A DNA stretch of 64,000 nt from a virus, in IMG/VR virus record IMGVR_UViG_3300010885_011634, positions 27,264 through 91,263 of that record; one strand, given 5' to 3'. Made by a program: the position numbers and the translations under genes. This document shows positions 1 to 8,299 of the stretch, piece by piece; position 1 is the first letter of the stretch, and every line of letters begins with the position of its first letter. The notes under the pieces are model-generated. The model worked only from the letters and a program-made list of their open reading frames with translations. It did not search any database and was not told the origin of the DNA.

Positions 1-420
1 TGTAGTAGATACCCATGTGTCATAATCGTGCCCATAATATCTACAGGCTTTTGGATTAGGCAATACTAATAAAATCTTTTTATTATAATTCTTCCACCCT
101 GTCCATTTTAGTCTAGGATCTTGTTTGAGTAAGTTATTCCAACGATCTGCTGGAACATCTCTAATAACGTCATGTTGATTTGCATTTTTTACAACACGAT
201 GCCAAATCTTTTTTCCACTAGAATTGCCAACACTTGGAAAATTGCCTAGGTATCCAGTATCGATATAATAAAAATCTCTATTAGCTTCGATGCATCTCTG
301 AACATGATCTTTTTTAATCACACCTCTGACTACTAAAGGTTTAGTAACTTCGGCAGGCTCACCTGTACAGGCATTCTTAGATCCAACAACTAGGGATTCT
401 TCTAACGATAATTCTTTCAT
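1..420 (-). CDS. 5' part of a capsule-polysaccharide-biosynthesis (KpsS/KpsC-like) putative glycosyltransferase; paralogue of 417..1220; truncated by the window edge
   Basis: Not in the ORF track. Manual translation from ATG 420 gives MKELSLEESLVVGSKNACTGEPAEVTKPLVVRGVIKKDHVQRCIEANRDFYYIDTGYLGN...KKIWHRVVKN, matching RG.LK..RDFYYIDSGYFGN..WHRIVKN of the neighbour. Its ATG overlaps the neighbour's stop. Confidence 0.7.
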   Translation of the reverse strand, partial: MKELSLEESLVVGSKNACTGEPAEVTKPLVVRGVIKKDHVQRCIEANRDFYYIDTGYLGNFPSVGNSSGKKIWHRVVKNANQHDVIRDVPADRWNNLLKQDPRLKWTGWKNYNKKILLVLPNPKACRYYGHDYDTWVSTT

Positions 421-1220
421 GTATTTTCCAATATTGATTTAGCCTTGCCGTTTTTTAATTCACTAATGTGAAATTGGCCATATGCTAAATGACTCGCCCA
501 TGCAACTAATTTATCACTATCTGCATAGTACGGAGTTTCTATTTGACTTAAATCCTGTAATGCTACAGGACTTGCTGCGTTGGCAGGTGCTAGTGTAAAT
601 GCTGGAATGCCATGAAATATACTTTCAACGGCTGCTACACTATTAAATGTTACCAAAGCAAATACATCTTTATCAAGAGCATTCTGTAAGGTATCAGTAG
701 CAATGCGGTCAATTCTATTTGCAGCTCGTTCTCTAACTTCAACAGGTCGATCGGTATACTGTTTAATAGTATTAACGGTATCTTCTACCCACTGATCTAA
801 ATCAACACCATAAAACTTACAAGGTTTTTCATCAGGTTTGGCAACTAATATCTTACGACCAGTTTTTCGCCACGGCTTAAATTTTTTATTAAATGATAGA
901 AAACGATCAGAAGGTCGCGGAATAATTTCACCATGCTGTAAATCATTCTTTACAATGCGATGCCAGTATTTCCAACCGTTGGGGTTAGCTGGTGTTCGAT
1001 CGTTTCCAAAATAACCCGAATCGATATAATAAAAATCGCGGCCATCTTTCCAGCAACGTTTCATTATTTTGTGTTTAAGAATTCCCCGTAACACAATGGG
1101 GTTATTTGACGTATCGTAAATAAAATCTTCAGTATCAATAGTTTGCTCACCACAGCCGCTAGCAAACATATTCACATACTCGTCATTATTTCCCTTGCTT
1201 AGGAAAATCCATTTACTCAT
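417..1220 (-). CDS. Putative glycosyltransferase, KpsS/KpsC-like capsule polysaccharide family
   Basis: C-terminal VTFNSVAAVESIFHGIPAF resembles the NSxxxxEAxxxGxP motif of KpsS-like GT-B proteins; lies in a sugar operon. Confidence 0.55.
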   Translation of the reverse strand: MSKWIFLSKGNNDEYVNMFASGCGEQTIDTEDFIYDTSNNPIVLRGILKHKIMKRCWKDGRDFYYIDSGYFGNDRTPANPNGWKYWHRIVKNDLQHGEIIPRPSDRFLSFNKKFKPWRKTGRKILVAKPDEKPCKFYGVDLDQWVEDTVNTIKQYTDRPVEVRERAANRIDRIATDTLQNALDKDVFALVTFNSVAAVESIFHGIPAFTLAPANAASPVALQDLSQIETPYYADSDKLVAWASHLAYGQFHISELKNGKAKSILENT

Positions 1221-1894
1221 AGATTGCGCTGTAAACAGTAGTCTGTATATATGCGCTCACGGTGCCACTCATCGCCCATTGGCGTAGTAGCAAAATCATG
1301 GAAACTTGGAGTACCTAAGGTGTAATGTAATAATTTTGCTTCCGGATTAGCACCAAATTCATCTGGTAGCCAATTCCATACATTAGGTAATTCGCCAATC
1401 AAGTCATCAGTAAGCCAAGTAAATCTATGTACTTGTGCACCGGTGGCATTTTGTACAAATTCTGGAGTTACTGCTTTGTTAGCTTCGTGACCGCAATTCC
1501 AAAGTATTACACTTGACCAATTTTTACGAGGATAATTTTCGTTTTTAGAACCAAGATATTTTTCTGTTAGTTTAGTTTGATAATCGTGTTTAACTACCAT
1601 GACTGCTTTACTGTCGTCACGCAGTGCCCATAACTTCTCAATATCGTCACGCACTAACATATCGCCGTCCATAAAGATTGCCCAACCGTTATATTCCATT
1701 AAGTGTGGAACAAGAAAACGACTGTAGATAAATTGATTACTGCCGTCTGTGTGACCTTCTTCATAGTCTTGTAAATTATTCAATGCCAACGCTGTAAATG
1801 CTATTGGCTTGCTTGAATGTCTAATAATACTATTTGCGCATACATGGTATGCTATTGCTTCGCGGGGATCAAACCCAATAAAAACTCTAATCAT
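1217..1894 (-). CDS. GT-A fold glycosyltransferase (GT8-like)
   Basis: VFIGFDPRE N-terminus, FxYSRFLVP, DGD (DxD) motif, YPRKNWSS, WNWL and LHYTLGTP. Start moved to 1894 (ATGA overlap with the upstream stop). Confidence 0.8.
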   Translation of the reverse strand: MIRVFIGFDPREAIAYHVCANSIIRHSSKPIAFTALALNNLQDYEEGHTDGSNQFIYSRFLVPHLMEYNGWAIFMDGDMLVRDDIEKLWALRDDSKAVMVVKHDYQTKLTEKYLGSKNENYPRKNWSSVILWNCGHEANKAVTPEFVQNATGAQVHRFTWLTDDLIGELPNVWNWLPDEFGANPEAKLLHYTLGTPSFHDFATTPMGDEWHRERIYTDYCLQRNL

Positions 1895-2646
1895 TCTCTT
1901 TCTATGTCCTCTTCGATACATTGTGCGCCGTATTGTATTTCTACAATTTTAACAGGAACATCCCACGGGTTTGATAATTGGTGCCATTCACCAACTGGAA
2001 CTCTATATTCTTGATGCTTCTCTAAAACTTTTCCAGACAACATATATCCGCTGTTAAGTCGACTAGCCACGCTCGCTATACCGTCACTAACAATCCAATA
2101 TTCTGCTCTTAGATAATGTCGTTGCATTGATAATTTTTGACCAGGATTAACTGTAAGTTCTTTTACTTTCATGCCCGGTACTTCGTGAAGCACTCGATAA
2201 TAGCCCCACGGTCGTTCAATTTTAGGTGCTTTCCATTCTTGTAAAATCCAGCTACTACTATTCTTTTTATTCTCGCCACCGACACCAAATACAAATTCAA
2301 CACCAAGCTCTGTCATTTCTGGAATATTATCAGCTGTGCGATCGCCGCCATTAGCAAATATAATATGGTGATTTGGATACATTAATTTAACATTACGTAT
2401 TGCCTCAATTGCATGATTATCAGTATCGTTGAATAATATACAATGGTCTACTGCTTTAAGATTTTGAATAATATCGATACGTTCAGTACTTGGCATGAAC
2501 TCCCGGCCTTTCTTTCTACGTAGCCAGTCGTCAGAGTTCACTCCTACTACTAAAATATCTCCAAGTTCTCGTGCGGCATTAATATAAGAAATATGCCCGG
2601 AATGTAAGGGATCAAACCCGCCGGTTATAAGTACAATGGTTTTCAT
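1891..2646 (-). CDS. Cytidylyltransferase-like (TagD/RfaE family) nucleotidyltransferase fused to a mannose-6-phosphate-isomerase-type cupin
   Basis: TGGFDPLHSGH (HxGH), VGVNSD, ANGGDR and NSSS in the N-terminal half; ERPWG, LSMQRH..RAEYW and EIQYG..C.EEDIER in the C-terminal half. Confidence 0.85.
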   Translation of the reverse strand: MKTIVLITGGFDPLHSGHISYINAARELGDILVVGVNSDDWLRRKKGREFMPSTERIDIIQNLKAVDHCILFNDTDNHAIEAIRNVKLMYPNHHIIFANGGDRTADNIPEMTELGVEFVFGVGGENKKNSSSWILQEWKAPKIERPWGYYRVLHEVPGMKVKELTVNPGQKLSMQRHYLRAEYWIVSDGIASVASRLNSGYMLSGKVLEKHQEYRVPVGEWHQLSNPWDVPVKIVEIQYGAQCIEEDIERE

Positions 2647-2651
2647 GCAGA

Positions 2652-2657
2652 TATTTA
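2652..2657 (-). promoter_or_regulatory. Late-type promoter TAAATA, 5 nt before the ATG of the sugar operon
   Basis: Minus strand reads gaTAAATAtctgcATG; recurring motif similar to the T4 late promoter TATAAATA. Confidence 0.65.
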
Positions 2658-2678
2658 TCTGCGTAGATTACTCAATAA

Positions 2679-3134
2679 TTAAAGACTGGCGTCTTCTAAT
2701 CCGGCTGTTCTTAGTTTAACAATATTTGATACTTGCCATTGCTTAATGTCAAGTGCTTTGATAATTCCCAACCACTTATTTCTAAGTAGTGCGAAATCGT
2801 TGATAATTTTTTCAAAGTCTACAACGTCAGCTTCGCCTTCTACAAACTTTTCACAGTCTCTAGAAGACAAAGCTCGTTGATAGTTTTCTAAATACTTTCG
2901 AAAATGCTGACTACGAAGGCGTCTTAGTTCAATGTTTAGATATTCTAAAATACCTTCAATTTCTTGAAGCTGATTAAATCGGTTCTCAACAATACCTGGC
3001 ATATTTGCCGATATCTTTTCTAAACTACCGGATACTTTGCAATCAAATTTTGCTTGAATTAATTCAGCTTCATAGAATGCTACTGCATCTGGTATGTTTG
3101 AAATGTCTTTTGAAACCTTATCGTACCAGTTCAT
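2679..3134 (-). CDS. uvsY: UvsY-like recombination mediator
   Basis: 151-aa helical protein ending KALDIKQWQVSNIVKLRTAG (UvsY-type C-terminus), downstream of uvsX. Confidence 0.7.
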   Translation of the reverse strand: MNWYDKVSKDISNIPDAVAFYEAELIQAKFDCKVSGSLEKISANMPGIVENRFNQLQEIEGILEYLNIELRRLRSQHFRKYLENYQRALSSRDCEKFVEGEADVVDFEKIINDFALLRNKWLGIIKALDIKQWQVSNIVKLRTAGLEDASL

Positions 3135-3370
3135 TCGTCCTCTTCTTCATATCCATAATCTGGTTCATCTTCTACTTCTTCACCGTCAATAGCATATTCA
3201 ATAGCTTCGTCGAGATACGAATCAACCCCTCTTAAGCCATCTAATACACTATCTTTAATGCCGTGGTCTACTAGTGCGTTAACAAAGTCGGCGGCGGTAT
3301 CTTTTCTATATTTCTCTGGAATATGTTCAACTACTATAATCCAAATATCGGTGATTAATTCTTCTTTCAT
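3131..3370 (-). CDS. Small acidic hypothetical protein
   Basis: Translationally coupled (4-nt overlaps) between uvsX and uvsY; Glu/Asp-rich tail. Confidence 0.7.
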   Translation of the reverse strand: MKEELITDIWIIVVEHIPEKYRKDTAADFVNALVDHGIKDSVLDGLRGVDSYLDEAIEYAIDGEEVEDEPDYGYEEEDE

Positions 3371-4446
3371 TCATGGGTCTCCAAGTCTGGTTCAACATTT
3401 GTAGTTATCTCAGAATTGGTTTTTTCACCGTGTTTAGAAATGTCTGCCATTACAATATCTAACCCGTCTTTCTCGTTACGTTCCCATGCCTTGCGGAATT
3501 GTTTGATAACCTCACCATCTTCTGTAGTATATACTAGGCTGTTACCTTCTTTCTTGAGCATACCTTTAGCTTCAAACAAGTCGACTAATCCACTATATGG
3601 ACTCATACCTGTTTCATAAGGAATTTCAACCTGTACACTTTCAAACGGTTTAGCATAACGTGTTTTCATAATCTTACAGGCTGCACGAATACCTTGTACA
3701 GTTGTAGTCTTATTACCATCAGCATCAAGTTTCAATTTTAATTTACGCATAGCAACAACAATTGAACTTGCGTAAATGAAACCTTGTCCGCCACTGATCT
3801 TATCATCTGGATCAAACATATCTTGACTTGCGTATGTATGATTGGTACATACCATGCCTATATTGTAACTACCAAACATATTAACGCAATTACGAACAAG
3901 TGCTGTCAATGCTTTGGGTTTACGACCCATGTCACCTTTCAAATCGCCTGCTTGGAATTGATTAATGTCAGTCGGTGTTAGCAACATACCCAAGCTATCA
4001 ATGACAAACAATACTTTAGGACGATCAGTTTCATCCATTGTTTTGTATTCTGCAATAAACTCTGTAATAGTCTTTGCTACATCGTCGATCATAGCCATAT
4101 TAAGTTTTAACAACTTATCTGGACTTGTATCAACGCCAAGAGCGTGTAACCATGCTTCGTCTAGCGCATTTTCTGTATCAATTAAGATAGGGTAAATGCC
4201 TTGTGCTTGTGCGTTTTTAACTAGGTTGCCTGAACAGATAAAACTCTTACCTGCACCAGATTCGCCAGCGAATACCGTTACTTTACCAAGAGGAATGCCA
4301 CGATTAAAATCGCCACTAATTAGATAGTTTAATGCGAAGTTATTTGTGCTGACCCAATCTGTTGGATCATTAAAGCCAATACTAAGTCCTTCAATAGACT
4401 TTGTGATTGACTTTCTAAATTTAGAAATATCAAATGCTTTTGCCAT
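3367..4446 (-). CDS. uvsX: UvsX/RecA-family recombinase
   Basis: Walker A GESGAGKS, IDTENALD, Walker B VIDSLG, NHTY and SGG motifs. Confidence 0.95.
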   Translation of the reverse strand: MAKAFDISKFRKSITKSIEGLSIGFNDPTDWVSTNNFALNYLISGDFNRGIPLGKVTVFAGESGAGKSFICSGNLVKNAQAQGIYPILIDTENALDEAWLHALGVDTSPDKLLKLNMAMIDDVAKTITEFIAEYKTMDETDRPKVLFVIDSLGMLLTPTDINQFQAGDLKGDMGRKPKALTALVRNCVNMFGSYNIGMVCTNHTYASQDMFDPDDKISGGQGFIYASSIVVAMRKLKLKLDADGNKTTTVQGIRAACKIMKTRYAKPFESVQVEIPYETGMSPYSGLVDLFEAKGMLKKEGNSLVYTTEDGEVIKQFRKAWERNEKDGLDIVMADISKHGEKTNSEITTNVEPDLETHE

Positions 4447-4466
4447 ATTATTATGCCCTGTTGAGA

Positions 4467-4494
4467 ATAGAGCGTGAGTTCCCCCACGCTCTAT
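4467..4494 (-). terminator. Hairpin between gp32 and uvsX (weak terminator or mRNA-stabilising stem)
   Basis: 10-bp stem ATAGAGCGTG/CACGCTCTAT with an 8-nt loop; only a poor U-tract follows. Confidence 0.5.
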
Positions 4495-4503
4495 AGTTTA
4501 GTC

Positions 4504-5487
4504 TTATTGCTTTTGACGATTGCGAATCATGGCAAGGATGTCTTGCGCACGACTGTTATCACCTGCTGGTGCCGCTGTAGCATCTTCAACTTGTGGTTTT
4601 GGAGTTACCAAAGCCGCTGGAGCATCTTCTGCATCTTCATCAACTGGAGCAGCTTTAACTGCTGCCGGTTTATTAGGATCACCTGTTGCTGAACTTAAAC
4701 CTGCTGGTTTGAAATACTGACCCCAACGTTCGAGATCATATGCTTCACCATCAACTGATGCTTCAAACATTTCCTTCATAACTTTCAACTCAACGTCTGT
4801 TGGTTTCTTAGGTAGGAAGTCTGACAAGTTAAACAATTCATGACTTGCTAGTGCTGCTGTTTCAACTTCGCTTAAAGCACGTTCACGACGTGACCATTTA
4901 CTTGTTGAATAGTCAGCAAAGCCACCTTTCGATGTCTTAGCAATACGGAAGTCTACACCCTTTAGGTAGTCAGTTGGCAATTCATCTAACTCAGGATCCA
5001 TCAATGCTGAACGGATAATTTGATAGATTTGAGGACCAATAATAAATCTACGGATTGGGTTTTCTGGTTTCTTATCTTCACCAATTGGATCTTCTACTAC
5101 AAAGCCTTGGAAAATGTATGAACGTTTTTTCCAATACTTACGACCCATTTCTTCTAAACTTTTATCTTTGAACCAACTACGCACTTCTGACAAGATTGGA
5201 CAAACTGAACCATCGTTGTACATTTCCACGCATGGAACTTGCACTTGTACTGGGCGTGAATCTGTTTCACCTTTAATGCCAGCAAATGGTAGTTTGATCA
5301 TTGCACGTTCTACCCAAAAGAATGTGTTATTGGTATTACCGTCAGGAAGTAAACGGATAACCGCTTCTTTGCCTTCTTGCATGTTCCAGTGTGGGTAAAT
5401 TGCGTTGTCGCCGCCGCCTGTTGATTGTCCTGTGGACTTTGTTTGTGCTTCTTGAAGTTTCGCACGAATTTCTGCTAATGTTGCCAT
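4504..5487 (-). CDS. gp32: T4 gp32-like single-stranded DNA-binding protein
   Basis: IRLLP, CPI, YWKKRSYIFQGFV, DF.I.K..KGGFADYSTSKW and an acidic/Ala-rich tail; adjacent to uvsX; GGAGG Shine-Dalgarno. Confidence 0.88.
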   Translation of the reverse strand: MATLAEIRAKLQEAQTKSTGQSTGGGDNAIYPHWNMQEGKEAVIRLLPDGNTNNTFFWVERAMIKLPFAGIKGETDSRPVQVQVPCVEMYNDGSVCPILSEVRSWFKDKSLEEMGRKYWKKRSYIFQGFVVEDPIGEDKKPENPIRRFIIGPQIYQIIRSALMDPELDELPTDYLKGVDFRIAKTSKGGFADYSTSKWSRRERALSEVETAALASHELFNLSDFLPKKPTDVELKVMKEMFEASVDGEAYDLERWGQYFKPAGLSSATGDPNKPAAVKAAPVDEDAEDAPAALVTPKPQVEDATAAPAGDNSRAQDILAMIRNRQKQ

Positions 5488-5543
5488 TTTATATGCCTCC
5501 TATGTTATGCCTAAAATGTTTTATGCCTTGTACGCATATTGTT

Positions 5544-5572
5544 ATTATGCGCTGTTTATTTAGTTAAGTCAA
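5544..5572 (-). promoter_or_regulatory. Sigma70-type promoter (TTGACT-17-CATAAT) with a nested TAAATA late box, upstream of gp32
   Basis: -35 at 5572-5567, 17-nt spacer, -10 at 5549-5544; TAAATA at 5562-5557. Confidence 0.65.
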
Positions 5573-5613
5573 CTAAAATTCTATCTATTTTTGAAACTGT
5601 TTTACCAAAATGC

Positions 5614-6228
5614 CTAGATGTTTTCAATGCCCTTTGCTTGCCACGGTGGCGGCCATGACCACGATACAAAAGAGTACTTATTACCTGATATGAGTGGTGT
5701 TGAATAATGTGGGTGTGTAACTGTACTAGGCCAAATCATAGCATATCCTACGGGAATATCTTTACTGTTAAATCCTTGGCGACTAAATGTTAAATCACAT
5801 CCTTCATAATTAGAATTTAATTTTACGTTTAGTGTATATTGACTTACATCATTATGTGCTGATGCAAATTGTCCTACTTGTGTGTATTTGATAATGTATG
5901 GTGGGAACCATCCAAATATTCCAGCAGACTCTTTTGTAAAAACTTTTTCTAATATTGGAATAATATCGGTTTTATAATGATTGGTATAGTCTTGTAAGAA
6001 CGTAGGAACAACAGTATCGATTGATAAATCGTTCCAACCCAACCCAACCTCTTTTGAAGATTCTAAAAACTGTGTGTCTTTAGAAAATTCTGTAGAATGC
6101 ACTTCAGCTATTTGAATAAGACTATTGCAAAATTCTTCAGTCCAAAATGGTGTTATAATAATATCGTTAACGACTTCAAACTCTTTTCCACTATTTGGAT
6201 GTATACCATTTTGATAGTTAATTTGCAT
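5614..6228 (-). CDS. Fe(II)/2-oxoglutarate-dependent oxygenase (lysyl/prolyl-hydroxylase-like)
   Basis: HND...YTLNVKLN..YEG..L.F...IWP..VTHPH...KYSFVSW: HxD...H triad plus 2OG-binding basic residue. Has its own TAAATA 4 nt before the ATG. Confidence 0.85.
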   Translation of the reverse strand: MQINYQNGIHPNSGKEFEVVNDIIITPFWTEEFCNSLIQIAEVHSTEFSKDTQFLESSKEVGLGWNDLSIDTVVPTFLQDYTNHYKTDIIPILEKVFTKESAGIFGWFPPYIIKYTQVGQFASAHNDVSQYTLNVKLNSNYEGCDLTFSRQGFNSKDIPVGYAMIWPSTVTHPHYSTPLISGNKYSFVSWSWPPPWQAKGIENI

Positions 6229-6257
6229 TTTGTATTTACTACTAGTATGTTAATGCC

Positions 6258-6283
6258 AAAAAGAAAGGGCACCTAAGTGCCCT
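6258..6283 (-). terminator. Intrinsic terminator
   Basis: AGGGCAC-TTAG-GTGCCCT followed by TTCTTTTT on the minus strand, just after the 6306 stop. Confidence 0.8.
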
Positions 6284-6305
6284 ATCTCACTGCTACGAAC
6301 AATCT

Positions 6306-8288
6306 TTACATGCCTGCTAGTTCTCTAATACGTGCTAATTCTGCAATTTGTGGATCAGCCTGTTGTGGAGCCATACGCTCTACCATTTTGCGAGCAACTT
6401 GTTCTGCTTGTTCGCCAAACTTCTTGCCTACCATAACTGCAACACCTTCTGGGCCTTTAGGGAATGTGCCTGAATCTTTATCATAGAATGAGTGAATAAA
6501 TTCAGCTAATTCTTGTACTGGAATTTTTGACATTTTTTCAGTTTTACGGCGAGCAATATCACTTGAGTGTGTTACTTTACCGCGTGGATCTTTACCTTGG
6601 GACTTTTCCCAGTCACCTTCGTGTGACCAAGATTTAACATTGCCTTCTTTGTCTTTTTCTACTTTGTCAATCGCTTCGTCTTTCTCGCCTCGATTTTTTG
6701 CTAGTCTTTCTGGATGACTAATATTTTTTGTTCTTTCTTTTTCTAAATCATCATGCGATACTTTCCAATTTTTATCGCCAGACTGCTGTCTCTTGTATGC
6801 AGGGACATCACTTTTATTCATGTCTTCTTGTGGTATTTCTTCACCTTCTGGTTGTTCCATACCTTGCTCTGCGCCTGCAGGTTCTTCAACATAGTCACCG
6901 AAGTCTAATTGTTCTAGAGCCTCTGGTGCATTTTGTTCTAACCAATCCTTAACTAAGCCGCGTGTACATGAATCTGGATCTTCTTTAGATTGTGCCTTTA
7001 TTGCTTGATCAAGTTGTGGATCTTCAATAATGCCTTTTAGACTTTCGATAGCATTGCTGCCATCTACGCCTGCTGGAAAATGTTGACCTACTAATTCTTG
7101 TAGTTGTTGTAATGCAGCCTGTTGTTCGTCTGGATCTTGGCTTTGAATCGCTGACTCTTCACCTAGACCCATTGCCCAGTTTTCAAAACGTGCAAATGGA
7201 TCTTCATATGTATCCACTTCTACATCTTCGTTGGCAATATCTTCTTGTGCTGTCATAGCGACTATGTCGTCATAGCCTAATGTGCTTTCTTCTTGCATTA
7301 ATCTGTATAGTACTGGAAATACAGATTTAATATCTTCTTTGAAGTTACGCACGGTGAATTTGTTTGTGAAATCTTCTACTACATCTTGAGGTACTTCCAT
7401 TGGACTTTGTGCCTGGAATGATTCTCTATATGCCTCATAGTGACCTTGTTTTGATAATTTTGAAATAGTTTCGCGCAGTTTATCTAATTGCATAGTTGAG
7501 CGTTCTACAATACCGTTGGTGTCGGAATTCATTAGGTCATTGCGAACAACATAATTACCAAAGCTCTTTAGTTGAGCAATCTCTTCGCTCATACGTATGA
7601 TACTTTCGCCAATTTCGTCATAAGGTTTACCGCCGTTAGCAACATGTCGTTGCATAGCACGGGCACCGCTTAAATGAATGAACGGATACTTAAATCTTTC
7701 ACCGTCCGCATTCTCAACAAACAAGCCTGCAATGTTTCGTGATCTTGCTCCAGGAGCCATATCGTCACTTAGCGTTTGGCTGTGTTTGATAATAAGACGT
7801 GTGTTTTCTAATTTCTGATAACTAACGTTCTTATTACCGTATAGTTGACTTTCACTCATAATACTTTCTCCGACTGGTTTTGTTATTACTGTATCTGACG
7901 TAGGTTGCGGTTGTGAATATTGACTTAGAAAAGCGTAATCTCGTTTATCTAAATTATCTTTAGCAATATCACGGGTGTCAAAATTTAACAATCTACGTTT
8001 GGCAAATGTTCTTAATTCTTTTAAGAATCCGTACCAATTATCTTTTTGGTTACCGTCCATGGCTTCTGTAATGCCATGACTAAAATATACTTTCATGCTA
8101 CTTGGTTCTGCTAGGCTGATGCTGACATGTCCAATAGGGGTTTCACCTTCCATGTAATCAAAATCAAAGAAGCGAGCTTGCTCTGGATTGATGGTAATTT
8201 CGCCGGTTTCAGCACCTAATTTAAGGCCTGTAAAGCGGCTTCTAATTTTATAGAATAAATCTGTTGCTATATTGTTTCTTGCGTCCAT
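6306..8288 (-). CDS. Large acidic hypothetical protein (probable head/virion morphogenesis protein)
   Basis: 660 aa from the ATG at 8288, which lies 5 nt after TAAATA; directly downstream of the terminase; charged low-complexity C-terminal third. Confidence 0.6.
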   Translation of the reverse strand: MDARNNIATDLFYKIRSRFTGLKLGAETGEITINPEQARFFDFDYMEGETPIGHVSISLAEPSSMKVYFSHGITEAMDGNQKDNWYGFLKELRTFAKRRLLNFDTRDIAKDNLDKRDYAFLSQYSQPQPTSDTVITKPVGESIMSESQLYGNKNVSYQKLENTRLIIKHSQTLSDDMAPGARSRNIAGLFVENADGERFKYPFIHLSGARAMQRHVANGGKPYDEIGESIIRMSEEIAQLKSFGNYVVRNDLMNSDTNGIVERSTMQLDKLRETISKLSKQGHYEAYRESFQAQSPMEVPQDVVEDFTNKFTVRNFKEDIKSVFPVLYRLMQEESTLGYDDIVAMTAQEDIANEDVEVDTYEDPFARFENWAMGLGEESAIQSQDPDEQQAALQQLQELVGQHFPAGVDGSNAIESLKGIIEDPQLDQAIKAQSKEDPDSCTRGLVKDWLEQNAPEALEQLDFGDYVEEPAGAEQGMEQPEGEEIPQEDMNKSDVPAYKRQQSGDKNWKVSHDDLEKERTKNISHPERLAKNRGEKDEAIDKVEKDKEGNVKSWSHEGDWEKSQGKDPRGKVTHSSDIARRKTEKMSKIPVQELAEFIHSFYDKDSGTFPKGPEGVAVMVGKKFGEQAEQVARKMVERMAPQQADPQIAELARIRELAGM

Positions 8289-8299
8289 AAGTGTATTTA

